Shown piece by piece: positions 24,966 to 37,999 of a stretch of 64,000 nt of DNA. A program made the position numbers and the translations under genes. Within the stretch, counting starts at the first letter, position 1, and each line of letters starts with the position of its first letter. Below the pieces are notes generated by a model, which made no database searches, had not been told where the DNA came from, and saw nothing but the letters and a program-made list of their open reading frames with translations. Where the stretch lies: contig CM075990.1 in the NCBI GenBank assembly GCA_038087875.1, positions 3,350,001 to 3,414,000 of the forward strand, read 5' to 3'. Source of the stretch: Malacoraja senta (lineage: Eukaryota).

Positions 24966-25016
24966 CTTCAGTTTCACTCTTCATTGGCAATGGCCGGGTT
25001 AAATGTGATGATGGGA

Positions 25017-25480
25017 ACAAGGAACTGCAGAAGCTGGTTTCCAAGAAAAGTCAAAAAAGTGCTGGAGTAACTCAGCGGGTCAGGCAGCATCTCCAGAGAA
25101 CACGGATGGGTGGCGTTTTGGGTTGGGACCCTTCTTCAGATTGGTTATGGTGTGGAGGGGGGGGGGACGGCACTGGAAGAGAGGAGGGGGCAGGACAAAG
25201 CAGGCCAGGTAATAGTTGAACGCAGGAAAGGGGGTGTTTCAGAGGCAGAGGCCAGATATGAAGAAAACGGAAGGTGCGAGACGAAAAGATTGAAGAGTTG
25301 TGAATTGTGAAGCCAGAGGAAGGAATCTGGGTGGAGGGGGAGGGGGAGAAATATAGTGCGAGTTCGTTGGGGCACAGGGGAGGGGGAGAAGAAGAAAGGG
25401 GGGATGTGGGGAAGAAAGGAGAAGGGGAGGGGGTGGTTGTAGTGGCCACCTGAAGTAGGAGAATTCAATGTTCACACCTG
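25017..25480 (-). mobile_element. Penelope-like element 3' end (ORF end GVNIEFSYFR, UTR, pLTR)
   Basis: Minus-strand ORF terminus at ~25450-25478; degenerate hammerhead core at ~25112-25139. Confidence 0.75.
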
Positions 25481-25917
25481 TAAGGCACAGATAACATTGC
25501 ACTAAAACAGAGATAAGTTGTACAAACAGCTGTAACCGCAAGAAACTGCCTATGCGGCAAGAAAGGGTTTAACTGAGATGTAAATAGCTACTGCGCTTGC
25601 TTAATGAATTAAATGAATATTACATATACGACCCTGATCGGGAAACTGCTAATTACCATGCACATGCGATGTATGATCTGGGAGGTTCATGGGCGACACG
25701 GGAAGATTGTGCACCTCGGCGCTCTAATTGGAAGGAGCCAGAAGGACAGGATGATTCAGCAAATTGTGTGGTATAAGGAGAGGGGATATTCCTTGTCTCG
25801 GTGTGTCTCGGTTTGGAAAGGCACCCGGCTCTGCAGACTCGTAATAAATGAATTCTTGTTTCATGACTTTGTCTCTGGCATCGTGATTGTGAACACCGAA
25901 GTACATCTCACACACCT

Positions 25918-26228
25918 TTAGACTTTAGACTTAAGAGATGAATCGCAGAAACAGGCCCTCTGCCCACCAAGTCTGCACTGACTAGTGATCACTCCATACA
26001 CTAGCACTATCCCACACACACTAGGAACAATTGATAATTTTGCCAAAGCCAATTAACCTACAAACCTGCATGTCTTTGGAGTGTGGGAGGAAACCGGAGC
26101 ACCCGGAGAAAACCCAAGCAGTCACGGGGAGAAGGTACAAACTCCGTACAGACAGCAGCCGTAGTCAGAATTGGACCCAGGCCGCACTGTAAGGCAGCAG
26201 CTCCCCCGCTGCTGCGCCACCGTGCCGC
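25918..26228 (-). mobile_element. HE1-type V-SINE
   Basis: SINE motifs. Confidence 0.85.
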
Positions 26229-26235
26229 TCTGAGT

Positions 26236-26348
26236 GGGCCGCTGGGTTGGAAGTTACCCAAGTGGAGTATGAAATGCTGCTCTTCCAGTTTGCGTGTGGC
26301 CTCACTCTGACAATGGAGGTGGCCCAGGACAGGAAGGTCAGTGTGGGA
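26236..26348 (-). mobile_element. PLE endonuclease C-terminal fragment
   Basis: SHTDLPVLGHLHCQSEATRKLEEQHFILHLGNFQPSG. Confidence 0.8.
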
Positions 26349-26447
26349 AGAGAATTGCTGCAGGGCTGCAGGAGGTACTTTGTCTTTACTCAACGAGATT
26401 GCACTGTCAGGAGAGACCATTGATGTAACGAAGGAAGAGAAACAAGA

Positions 26448-26752
26448 GGGTGGCACGGTGACGCAGCGGTAGAGTTGCTGCCTCACAGCCCCACAGACCC
26501 GGGTTCGATCTTGCCTACGGGTGCAGCCTGTACGGAGTCTGTACGTTCTCCCTGTGACTCGTGTGGGTTTCTTCCGAGATCTTCGGTTTCCTCCCACACT
26601 CCAAAGACGTGCAGGTTTGTAGGTACATAGGCTTGGTGTAAATGTGAGTTGTCCCTAGTGCGTGTAGGGTAGTGTTGGTGCGCGGGGATCGCTGGTCGCC
26701 ACGGACTCGGTGGGCCGAAGGGCCTGTTTCCGCGCTGTATCGCTGAACTAAA
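26448..26752 (+). mobile_element. HE1-type V-SINE
   Basis: SINE motifs. Confidence 0.88.
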
Positions 26753-27095
26753 GGAAAAGTAAACTCGAGAGAGCGCGGAGGACATAAACAGCGGCCAAGA
26801 AGGGGAACAGAGTGAGATGATAAAGGAACATAACAGCAGGAACGGAGAGAGACTGACACTCAGGGTGACAAAGGAGAAACAAAGTGAAATCGATGCCGGG
26901 AATAATAGAAGAACAACAGAGAGGGAGTGTCAGGGAGAGAGAGTAATGGAGGAGAAACAGAGCAACAGCAACACAGGGAGTAATGATGGAGACTTGGAGT
27001 CAAGCAGACGGAGGCATTCATTGTGCTGAGAAAGACCAGGTTGTAGGCCCCACTCAGTCATGACTGACCATGGGTGGGGAAAGACCAAAGCTGAG

Positions 27096-27709
27096 ACATC
27101 CTTCTGCAGTTGTACAGGGCCCTAGTGAGACCACACCTGGAGTATTGTGTGCAGTTTTGGTCCCCTAATTTGAGGAAGGACATTCTTGCTATTGAGGGAG
27201 TGCGGCGTAGGTTTACAAGGTTAATTCCCGGGATGGCGGGACTGTCATATGCTGAGAGAATGGAGCGGCTGGGCTTGTACACTCTGGAGTTTAGAAGGAT
27301 GAGAGGTTATCTTATTGAAACATATAAGATTGTTAAGGGTTTGGACACGCTAGAGGCAGGAAACATGTTCCCGATGTTGGGGGAGTCCAGAACCAGGGGC
27401 CACAGTTTAAGAATAAGGGGTAAGCCATTTAGAACGGAGACGAGGAAACACTTTTTTCTCACAGAGAGTGGTGAGTCTGTGGAATTCTCTGCCTCAGAGG
27501 GCGGTGGAGACCAGTTCTCTGGATGCTTTCAAGAGAGAGCTAGATAGGGCTCTTAAAGATAGCAGAGTCAGGGGATATGGGGAGAAGGCAGGAACAGGGT
27601 ACTGATTGGGGATGATCAGCCATGATCACATTGAATGGCGGTGCTGGCTCGAAGGGCCGAATGGCCTACTCCTGCACCTATTGTCTATTGTCTATTGTCT
27701 ATTGTCTAT
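27096..27709 (+). mobile_element. CR1/HER1 LINE 3' fragment
   Basis: YRALVRPHLEYCVQFWSP... ORF; (ctattgt)n tail. Confidence 0.92.
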
Positions 27710-28431
27710 CTGAGCAACATCGCAGGTACTAATCCCAGCGTTTAAGAAGCAGTTAGACAGGTACATGGATAGGACAGGTACTGAGGGATATGGGCCTAAC
27801 GCAGGCAGGCGGGACTAGTGTAGATGGAACATGTTGGCTGGTGTGTGCATGTTGGGTCGAAGGGCCTGTTTCCGTGCTGTAAGACTCTATGACTCTATGG
27901 CATTAAGACACAGGGAGAAAGATGGGAGCTTCCGTACGATCCCAGACAGAGAGAAATGTCTCGGAGACACAAGGGACTGGGCGGGAAAAAAAAGTGCCGG
28001 AGTTACTCAGCTGGTCAGGCAGCATCTGTGCAGGGAATGAACAGGTGACGTTTTGCGTTGGGACCCTTCCTCAGACTGATAGGGGGTGGGGGGGGGGGGG
28101 GTTGTGGAAAAAACTGGAAATGAGAGGTGGGGGCAGGACAAAGCCTGGTAAGTAATAATTGAAATGTGTAGGAAGGAACCGCAGATGCTGGTTTACACCG
28201 AGGATAGATACAAAGTGCTGGAGTAACTCAGCGGGTCAGGCACCATCTCTGGAGATAAAGGATGGGTGACGTTTCAGGTCGGGACCTTTCTTCATGACCC
28301 CAAAACTTTACCTTTTCATGTTCTCCAGAGAGGCTGCCTGACTTGCTGAATTACTCCAGCACTTTGCGTCTTTTTCCCTGTCAACCAGCATCTGCAGTTG
28401 CTTGACTGTACAAAGGGACGAAGCGGGCCAA

Positions 28432-28745
28432 GGGCAGCACGGTGGCGCAGCGGTAGAGCTACCGCCTTACAGCGCCAAAGACGCGGGTTCGATCCTGACT
28501 ACGGGTACTGTCCGTATGGAGTTTGTACGTTCTCCTGGTGACACGCGTGGGTTTTCTCCGAGATCGCCGGTTTCCTCCCCACGTGCCAAAGATGTAAGTG
28601 AATTGGCTTGGTACAATTGTGAAATTTGTCCCGAGCGTGTGTATAGGATAGTGTTGATGTGCGGGGATCGCTGGCCGGCGCGGACTCAGTGGGCCGAAGG
28701 GCCTGTTTCCTCGCTGTGTCTATAAACTAATCGAAACTAAACTAA
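28432..28745 (+). mobile_element. HE1-type V-SINE
   Basis: SINE motifs. Confidence 0.85.
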
Positions 28746-29059
28746 GCATGGATGGCTGAAAGACTAGGGGTCTTCAGACCTTTGATTACTGAAATCTTGA
28801 CAGAGAGTATTAGCGTCGAAATAAACAGTAAGAGCAATGGAGTGAAGGGGTGAAGCTGCCAGAGTAATAAAGGGAAAAAAGGTGTAATGGAGAAGAAATA
28901 GAGTGAAACTGATACAGGAATTAGTGGTGCAGAAAGAATGGAACCAGCACATGAGTATTAGAGAGGCAACAGTAAGCTTGACACAGAAGTAATAAACTAG
29001 GTACATGTGCAGTAGTGGAGGGTGAAATGGAGTAAAACACTCACAGGGAATTATGAGTA

Positions 29060-29890
29060 GTGTGGGAAGGAAGTGCAGATGTTGGTTTAAACCGAAGTTA
29101 GACACCAAATGCTCGAGTAACTCAGTGGGACAGGCAACATCTCTGGAGAGAATGAATGACAATAGACAATAGACAATAGACAATAGGTGCAGGAGTAGGC
29201 CATTTGGCCCTTCGAGCCAGCACCGCCATTCAATGTGATCATGGCTGATCATCCCCAATCAGTACCCCGTTCCTGCCTTCTCCCCATATCCCCATTTTCT
29301 AGCTCTCTCTTGAAATCATCCAGAGAACCTGCCTCCACCGCCCTCTGAAGCAGAGAATTCCACAGACTCACCACTCTCTGTGAGAAAAAGTGTTTCCTCG
29401 TCTCCGTTCTAAATGGCTTACTCCTTATTCTTAAACTGTGGCCCCTGGTTCTGGACTCCCCCAACATCGGGAACAGGTTTCCTGCCTCTAGTGTGTCCAA
29501 GCCCTTAACAATCTTATATGTTTCAATGAGATATCCTCTCATCCTTCTAAACTCCAGAGTGTACAAGCCCAGCTGCTCCATTCTCTAGGCATATGACAGT
29601 CCCGCCATCCCGGGAATTAACCTTGTAAACCTACGAATGGGTGACGTTTCGGGTCGAGACCCTTCTTCAGACAGGGGAAAGGGAAATGAGAGGTATAGAC
29701 GGTGATGTAGAGAGATATATAGAATAAATTAATGAAAGATATGCGAAAAAAGTAACGAAGCTAAAGGAGGCTGGCCATTGATAGCTGTTTGCTAGGTGAG
29801 AACGAGAAGCTGGTGCGACTTGGGTGGGGGAGGGATGGAGAGAGAGGAAATGCAGGGGTTACTTGAAGTTAGAGAAATCAATATTCATAA
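29060..29890 (-). mobile_element. PLE 3' end (MNIDFSNFK*, UTR, pLTR) split by a CR1 insertion at 29159-29634
   Basis: Perfect hammerhead-like motif on minus at 29643-29670; ORF end at ~29860-29890; CR1 flanked by gaatg. Confidence 0.85.
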
Positions 29891-29979
29891 TGGAATGAGA
29901 GTGAAAGTGACAAGGGGCAATAAATAGTGTAACTAGTGTAACACTGGGTGTAACTGAGCGATAGAGGAGGTCACAGGGT

Positions 29980-31260
29980 CATAGAGTCATAGAGTGATAC
30001 AGTGTGGAAACAGGCCCTTTGGCCCAACTTGCCCACATCGGCCAACATGTCCCAGCTACACTAGTCCCACCTGCCTGCGTTTGGTCCATATCCCTCCAAA
30101 CCTGTCCTATCCATGTACCTGTCCAACTGTTTCTTAAATCATCCTTGCCTCAGCTACCTCCTCTGGCAGCTTGTTCCATACACCCACCACCCTTTGTGTG
30201 TAAACATTACTCCTCAGATTCCTATTAAATCTTTTCCCCTTCTCCTTAAACCAATGTCCTCTGGTCCTCGATTCACCTACTCTGTGCAAGAGACTCTGTG
30301 CATCCACCCGATCTATTCCTCTCATGATTTTATACGCCTCAATAAGATCACCCCTCATCCTCCTGTGCTCCAAGGAATAGAGTCCCAGCCTACTCAACCT
30401 CTCCCTATAGCTCAGACCCTCTAGTCCTGGCAACATCCTCGTAAATTTTCTCTGAACCCTTTCCAGTTTGACCACATCTTTCATATGAAACGGTGCCCAG
30501 AACTGAACACAATACCTTAAATGCGACCTCACCAACGTCTTATACAAGGTAACATGACCCCCGACCTTCTCTACTCAATACTCTGACTGATGAAGGCCAA
30601 AGTGCCAAATGCCTGTTTGACCACCTTATCTACCTGCGACTCGACCTTCATGGAACCATGCACCTGTACTCCTAGATCCCTCTGCTCTACAACATTACCC
30701 AGAGGCCTACCATTCACAATTTCGATCCTGCCCATGTTAGACTTCCCTAAATGCAACACCGCACATTTCTCTGTATTAAATTCCATCAACCATTCCTCCG
30801 CCCACCTGGCCAATCGATCAAGATCCTGCTGCAATTTTTTCACAACCACCTTCACTATCTGCAAAACCACTCACTTTTGTATCATCTGCAAACTTGCTAA
30901 TCTTATCCTGTATGTTCTCATCAAAATCATTGATATAGATGACAAACAGTAACGGACCCAGCACCGAACCCTGAGGCACAAGACTAGTCACAGGCCTCCA
31001 GTCCGAGAAGCAACCTTCCACCATCACCCTCTGCTTCCTTCCATGGAGCCAATTTTCTATCCACTCAGCTATCTCTCCTTGGATCCCATGCGATCTAACC
31101 TTTCGGAGCAGCCTACCATGTGGAACCTTATCAAATGCATTGCTGAAGTCCATGTACACAACATCTACAGCTCTGCCCTCATCGACCTTGTTGGTCACGT
31201 CTTCAAAAAACTAATTCAGAATTGTGAGACGACCTCCCACGTACAAAACTATGCTGACCT
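29980..31260 (-). mobile_element. CR1 LINE fragment including RT domain (frameshifted)
   Basis: DVVYMDFSNAFDKVPH...VPQGSVLGPLLFVIYIND...KFADDTK; continues through ORF2 C-terminus to (ctctatga)n tail. Confidence 0.93.
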
Positions 31261-31699
31261 CCTCAGCCCATGATTTTTGCACTGACACAAGCTTCCCTCA
31301 GCATCTCACACATCCCACTGGGTGGAACGGTGTTACAGCGCCAGAGATCCAGGTTCGATCCTGACTACTGGTGCTGTCTGTATGGAGTTTGCACATTCTT
31401 CCCTGTAACCGTGTGGTCTTTCTCCATATCCTCCCACACTCCAAAGACATGCAAGTTTGTAGGTTAATTGGCTTCTGTAAATTGTCCTAGGGTGTAGGAT
31501 AGTGGGCCGAAGGGCCTATTTCCACGTTGTATCTCTGAACTAAACAACAGTCGGTCTTAGGCCTACTGGATAGTAATCCTTGAGACAGATCACAATATTT
31601 TTCTTGGGGATTGAAATAATGGAGGTTATAATGAAGCAGATGTGGGCAGAAGATTGTTCAAGTGAAAGACTGATGATTTCGATGAAGAGTTTGGCCAGT

Positions 31700-32322
31700 T
31701 TTAGTTTTTGGTTTTAGAGATACACCGTGTCCGCACCAACCAGCGATCACCCCGTACACTAGGACTATCTTATACACCAGGAACAATTTACGATTTACTT
31801 TACTGAAACCAATTAACCTACAATCTTCTACTGTATGTCTTTGGAAATAGACATAAGATGCTGGAGTAATTCAGCGGGACAAGTAGCATCTCTGGATAGA
31901 AGGAATTGGTGACGTTTCAGGTCAATACACTTCTTCAGCCTCTACCCAAAACGTCGCCCATTCCTTCTATCCAGAGATGCTGCCTGTCCCACTGAGTTAC
32001 TCCAGCATTTTGTGTCTATCTTCAGTGTAAACCAGATTCTGCATTTCTTTCTTACACTGTACGTTTTTGGAATGTGGGAGGAAACCGGAGCACCCATGGA
32101 AAACCCACGAGGTTCAGTATTCGTGCCTACTATGTTCGGGTGTGCTAAAGCAAAGCAAGAATTTCATTGTCCTATCAGGGACACATGACAATAAAACTCT
32201 CTTGAACTCTCTTGAACTCTTGAGGTCACGGGGAGAACGTGCAAACTCCGTACAGACAGCACCCATAATCAGGAGCGAACCCGGGTCTCTGGCGCTGTGA
32301 GGCAGCAACTCTACCGCTGCGA
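31700..32322 (-). mobile_element. HE1-type SINE with nested PLE mini-element (31847-32055) and Rex1-like tail (32114-32222)
   Basis: PLE flanked by a 17-bp imperfect TSD actgtatgtctttggaa / actgtacgtttttggaa. Confidence 0.8.
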
Positions 32323-32540
32323 ACCCGTGCAGACTATAATTAAATGCTTTGTAAGTTTGATAATGACCCTCATCTGCGCAAGTCCCATGGACAATCACGA
32401 CCCCCTATAATGAATTTACAAGACTGAGGCCCTAAGCTACAGGGAGAGGTTGAGCAGGCTAGGACTTTATTCCTTGGAGTGCAGGAGGATGAGGGGCGAT
32501 CTTATAGAGCCGGACAACCATGAGAAGAATAGATCAGGTA

Positions 32541-32950
32541 AATTCAAGATTCATGATTCAAGAGAGTTTATTGTCATGTGTCCCTGATAGGACAATGAAA
32601 TTCTTGCTTTGCTTCAGCACAACAGAACATAGTAGGCATGAATACAGAACAGATCAGTGTGTCCATATACCATTGAATATATATATATACACACATAAAT
32701 AAACATATAAAGTGCAGTAGGCTAATTAAAGTTCAGATTTTGTTTGAGTTGAGTTTAATAGTCTGATGGCTGTGGGGAAGCAGCTATTCCTGAACCTGGA
32801 TGTTGCAGATTTTAGGCTCCTGTACCTTCTACCTGAAGGCAGCGGAGAGATGAGTGTGTGGCCAGGATGGTGTGGGTCCTTGATGATGCTGCCAGCCTTT
32901 TTGAGGCAGCGACTGTGGTAGATCCCCTCGATGGTAGGGAGGTCGGAGTA
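32541..32950 (-). mobile_element. Rex1/Babar-like LINE 3' fragment nested in CR1 (32420-33230)
   Basis: LPTIEGIYHSRCLKKAGSIIKDPHHPGH...PLPSGRRYRS...SRFRNSCFPTAIRLLN. Confidence 0.85.
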
Positions 32951-33445
32951 GGGGTATTGTGAACCAGCGGACATTTATTTAAGGTGAGGGGGGAAAGATT
33001 TAATAGGAACCTTTTTTTACACAAAGGATGGTCGAGGAAAGTATGGAAAGTTGCCGGAGGAGGTAGTTGAGGAAGGTACTATGGCAACATTTAAGAAACA
33101 TTTAGGCAGGTACATGGATAGCATAGGTTTAGAGGGATATGGGCCAAACACCGGCAAGTGGGATTAGTGTAGATGGGGCATGTTGGTCGGTGTGGGCAAG
33201 TTGGGCCGAAGGACATGTTTCCATGCTGGAACATATGTCTCCGAAAAACACATTCTCCCTGGCACGATCTTGATCTCGGGATCACCTTGGCAATGAGAAC
33301 ATCTATCAAGATACTGGTCATTGACGACAGCTCAGCCTTCAATACCATTACATCAAATAAATTCATCACTAAATGTCCGGAGATTGGTCTTGATCTTCAA
33401 TCTGCAACTGGTTTGCGGACTTCATGGCCAGCAGTCAGTTCCCCT

Positions 33446-33820
33446 AAGGGTTACACCCCAGCGGTATGAAGATAGACTTCTCTAACTTCAAGTAGCCCTT
33501 GCTTTCCCTCTCTCTCCATCCCCTTCCCCTTCCCAGTTCTCCCACCAGTCTTACTGTCTCCGACTACATTCTATCTCTGTTTGGTTTGTTGTCACCTTCT
33601 CCCAACTAACAATGATCTATTCTACATTTTCCTTGATCTCCATTCCCTTGGTACCGTTTTCACACCTTATACATCCTTATCTATACGCTTCTTTATCTAT
33701 GTATCTCCCTCTCCCCTGACATCAGTCTGAAGAAGGGTCTCGACCCAAAACGTCACCCATTCCTTCTCTCAAGAGATGCTGCCTGTCCCGCTGAGTTACA
33801 GCTGCATTTTGTGTCTATCC
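33446..33820 (+). mobile_element. Penelope-like element 3' end with hammerhead-like motif
   Basis: LHPSGMKIDFSNFK* then UTR and ctgaagaagggtctcgacccaaaacgtc at 33727-33754. Confidence 0.85.
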
Positions 33821-34009
33821 GTTGAGGGTTATGTGCTCAGTCCCTTATTCGGCTCCTATAAACTGTGGCGTCGAGGAATTGACGGCAGGTCAAAATGACT
33901 GCACCGACATTCACCGTAGTGAACTCACGGAAAATGGTTTACCTATGGTGACAAGGAAGTCCAGCTCCACAAGGGGGGCGCTGTCCTCATCATCAGTGCG
34001 TATGTTAGG

Positions 34010-34385
34010 AGGTGCTGCCGATCTCGGGGTTGTCCTGGCAGCTCAGTCCTGGTCTCGAAGGAGAAGGCATGGTGGTCTCATGCTTGTCCCTGCACTTCAC
34101 CCTTGCCTCAAGACGAGGCGCTGGCCGTCTCAGGCTTGTCCTGGCGGTGCAGTCTTTGGGCTTGGAGGAGGTGTGGTGATCTCATGCTTGTCCCTGCAGT
34201 TCACCCTTGCCTTGAGAGGAGGCGCTGGCGGTCTCAGGGTTATCCTGGTGGCTCAGTCGTTGCCTCTCTCTGTCCCTCGTTTTCTGTGGGCAGGTAAGAG
34301 GCACTGGCGGTCTCAAGCATGCCCCAGCCACTCACTTTGCCTCTGTGGGAGGTGCTGGCTGTCTAGGGCTTGTCCCGGCAATTCA
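34010..34385. repeat. Degenerate GC-rich minisatellite
   Basis: Recurring gaggcgctggcggtctca(g/t)gcttgtccc units. Confidence 0.7.
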
Positions 34386-34492
34386 GTCTTGACCACAAAC
34401 GCTGGTCCCAGTTCTCCAGTCTTCCTCCAGACCTACAATAGGGGAACACAACCAGCAAGAAGACCCCACTTTCTCTCCCTTCCTTTCTCTCC

Positions 34493-34650
34493 TCCTCCCT
34501 CTCCCTCTCCCTCTCCCTCTCCCTCTCCCTCTCCCTCTCCCTCTCCCTCTCCCTCTCCCTCTCCTTCTCCTTCTCCCTCTCCCTCTCCCTCTCCCTCTCC
34601 CTCTCCCTCTCCCTCTCCCTCTCCTTCTCCCTCTCCCTCTCCCTCTCCCT

Positions 34651-34681
<31 letters not shown>

Positions 34682-34700
34682 ACTCGCTCTCTCTCCCTCT
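34493..34700. repeat. (CTCTCC)n / (CT)n pyrimidine repeat
   Basis: Direct observation. Confidence 0.95.
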
Positions 34701-35085
34701 CACTCTCTCCTTCCTACCTTCCTTTGTTCCATTGTTAAAAAATTGAGGCCAACTGTTCAAGGGAAATACCCCAAAAAACATCTTTTGAACTCGGGAGCTA
34801 TTTTGATCTGGAACTCATTGGCTGTTGGGAAGTAGAGTCAGAAGGTCATGTCCACTGACGATTATCCGGCATCCTTGGTTCCAGAGTCTTGCCGAATTAT
34901 CCGTTTTGCCGGACCAACAGAAGTCATGGCCTCGGGGGACCAGGATACAGGCCCGCAAGGTCAGCCTCAGAAGTCGGCTATATCACTATACAGAAGTGCT
35001 TAGATACCTCAGATAAGCATCTCACGTACAGTACAAGTGTATACTATTGTTACACTGAGACAGTTTGGCGCCATTTTGAAGTCCC

Positions 35086-35392
35086 AGTTTAGTTTAGTTT
35101 AGAGATACAGCACGGTAACAGGCCCTTCAGAGTCCACACCGACCAACATTCCCCAGATATTTGTCCCTACCCTATACTAGGGACAAATTACACTTATATC
35201 AAGCCAATTAACCTACAAGCACGTCTTTGGAGTGTGGGAGGACACTGAAGACCTTGGAGAAAACCCACGTGGTCACGGGGAGAACGTACAAACTCTGTAC
35301 AGACAGCACCCATAGTCGGGATCGAACCCCGGTCTCCGGCGCTGCAAGCACTGTAAGGCAGCAACTCTACCGCTGCGCCACCATGCCGCCCG
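35086..35392 (-). mobile_element. HE1-type V-SINE
   Basis: SINE motifs. Confidence 0.85.
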
Positions 35393-35791
35393 TTGTTGTA
35401 AGCGCAGGATTGTTGACCTGACCATGAAGGCCCGTTGTCATGGCAGCAATGCAGGGTTGGATTGGGCCTAATGATATCACTCTAGCAGGACTAGTCAGTG
35501 ATTTAATGGGCCCAGTAACCTCCTCCTGTGTTGTACCAATCCCATGACTGTGGATGGCCGATGATTGTCACTTAATCATATCGGTAAAGCATATAATGTG
35601 GTCATTAAAACGTTGCCGTTTGTGGGATCTTATTGGCTTAAACTAGTCCCCTCACTTCCTGGATTTCACTTCAAAAATACTTAGTTACGTTTTAATTTAG
35701 TTTAAAAATACATAGTTCAAAGGTTCATAAGTGATAGGGGAAGAATCAGGCTATTCGGCCCATCAAGTCTACCCCGCCATTCAATCATGAC

Positions 35792-36072
35792 TGATACAGT
35801 GAGGAAATGGGCCCTTCGGCCCATCGAGTCAACGCTGACCAGCGATCCCCGCACACTAACACTATCCTACACGCACTGGGGGCAATTTACAAGCCTAACA
35901 AACTTGTACGTCTTTGGAGTGTGGGAGGAAACCGGAGCACCCAGAGAAAACCCACGCAGGTCACGGGGAGAACGTACAAACTCCGCACAGACAAGCACCC
36001 GGAGTCGGGATCGAACCCGGGTCTCCGGCGCTGTGAGGCAGCATCTCTACCACTGCAACACCGTGCCGCCCC
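35792..36072 (-). mobile_element. HE1-type V-SINE
   Basis: SINE motifs. Confidence 0.85.
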
Positions 36073-37184
36073 GTGAAGCAGTCTGGGGCATCCGTTGAAA
36101 TGAAAGGGTGTAAGTCGACTAACCACCGTGCTTAGGTGAGGCTAAAGAACGGTTGCTAGGACCAGGGTTGTTAAGGAGGACGTTTGCCATGTTGATATCT
36201 CAGCTTGTTTAACACTTAGACTCTACAATAGGCAGGCAGGTATGGGCCCGAGCAATTAGGAGGCTAAAAAAAAGAGTTTTTTTTATTTAAATGGCGTTCA
36301 GAAGAGGGGCCTTTGACCTTTGTGTAAGGTGGGGGCAAGCTGACAAGGTGGTAAAAAAAAGAGCATAATGGTGGATTCAGGCTGAAGTGAGGGAAGTCAA
36401 TAACAGTTAAAAAAAAATACAGGTTCAGATAAAAGAGGAATGTGCAGCGCTTTGTGCTGGCGTTTTATTACCCCCCAAAAAAACGAAAAGCATTTGAGGC
36501 GGAATTGCAAGCCTTAGTGGCAGGCGCAGCCAGTGAGAATTAGTATCACAGCAGGATCACCCTGTGAGACGCAGTGGATCTGGGCACACAGGCACAAAGA
36601 CATAAGCAATGTGGAGGAGTGGCAATCTTGGTAAGGGCTGACATAACCGCAGAAGCAATTTGAGTAGAAATTAGTAATGATAGGGGAACAAAGTTATAAT
36701 TGCCGACTGCTATTGACTGGCAGCTCAAGGTGAAAAGGTAAAGAGAAGGCTCCTAGGCAAAGTAGGGAGGTGGCAATTATTGTAATCTGATGATCACTGG
36801 GGACTTTCAATAACTCAGTGGTAATGTAGGCAGATCAGGAGCCATTGAAAAGGAGAGCTGAAAGCAAGCAATTCCAAAGAAGTAATGAATGATTGTTTCT
36901 TAACACAACACGAGAAGCAGGTACTAGAGCCGATTTTAAATTAGGTTTAATATTCAGCAGTCCAGCAGAAAAGGACTCGTAAATTGAATGGAAGTGAATG
37001 CTTGAGCTGCAGTGATCATTTCGATAGCAGGAGATTTGCAAGTGAGGGCTCTCTCTCATCCAATATAAATAATTCATTCAGAAGGTCTCTGACTGTGCTT
37101 TTCACAGGTGCAATGGGACAGGATCCATGTTTACAACCCCCTCGTTGCAGCTTAGATTCCAGCACATGCACAGAAACAAACAGC

Positions 37185-37478
37185 CGGCCTGAAGAAGGGC
37201 CTCGACCCGAAACGTCACCCATTCCTTCTATCCAGGGATGCTGCCTGTCCCACTGAGTAGTGTCAGTAGGAGCTGCAGATGCTGGTTTAAACCGAAGATA
37301 GACTTAAAATGCTGGAGTAACTCGGCGGGACAGGCAGCATCTCTGGAGAGAAGGGATGGGTGGTGTTTCAGGTCGGGCAGTCTGAAGAAGTGTCTCGACC
37401 TGAAACGTCACCCATTCCTTCTCTCCAGAGATGCTGCCCTGTCCCGCTGAGTTACTCCAGCATTTTCGTGTCCATCTT
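37185..37478. mobile_element. Two adjacent PLE pLTR mini-elements
   Basis: Hammerhead-like cores at 37189-37216 and 37382-37409. Confidence 0.75.
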
Positions 37479-37999
37479 TAAGAAGAATCGGGGTGGGGTC
37501 TCACCTTCCGCGCCGTTGAGGTCGGCTGCTGGAGGCGCCTCCAGGGCACGAAGGCTGAAGGTGTCCGGGCGAGGAGAGGGACGACGGTTCGCGGGACGAT
37601 CCAAACGGAGGCGACGGCTGCAACGGGCCTTCATGGCCAACTACAGCCAGGACTGGACAATGGTGCCAATACCTGGCGACTCTTGCATATGGACTCAGTG
37701 GGCTGTTTCTATGCATTCTGCACTTAACTGGCGATTGGACTTATGTATGGCAATAATCTTACTGATCTGTATGCAGAAAAAAATGTTTTGCTGTACCTTA
37801 ATACAGGTGGAAATGAAGAACCATTGACCCATTGAACAAGACAGCGGCCATTGTGTCAAAGTGCAAGAGGAAAATTGTTGCCTGTAGCTGACTCTGCAAG
37901 CATCCAGCGATTGAAACAACAACATTAACCTCCATATGTGCAGCATCTTTAATGGTATGGACAAATCCCGAGAGGTCCCATGTACGACTTCTGTACTTG

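Noticed and set aside
26750..27030. Purine-rich stretch as a possible exon (also 28790-29060)
   Set aside because: Low-complexity GA-rich sequence without convincing splice sites or protein similarity.
30134..31198. Functional reverse transcriptase gene
   Set aside because: 5'-truncated CR1 split across several frames by frameshifts and stops.
33822..34835. 337-aa ORF
   Set aside because: Open only because it crosses a GC-rich minisatellite and (CTCTCC)n (poly-SP); no domain and a non-ATG start.
34855..34920. Tc1/pogo-like MITE fragments (related pieces at ~41495-41550 and ~42015-42045)
   Set aside because: Short similarity only; paired TIRs and TA TSDs could not be defined confidently.
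36600..37030. CR1 endonuclease-region remnant
   Set aside because: Only a GGVAILVR-like motif is visible; too degenerate to delimit.
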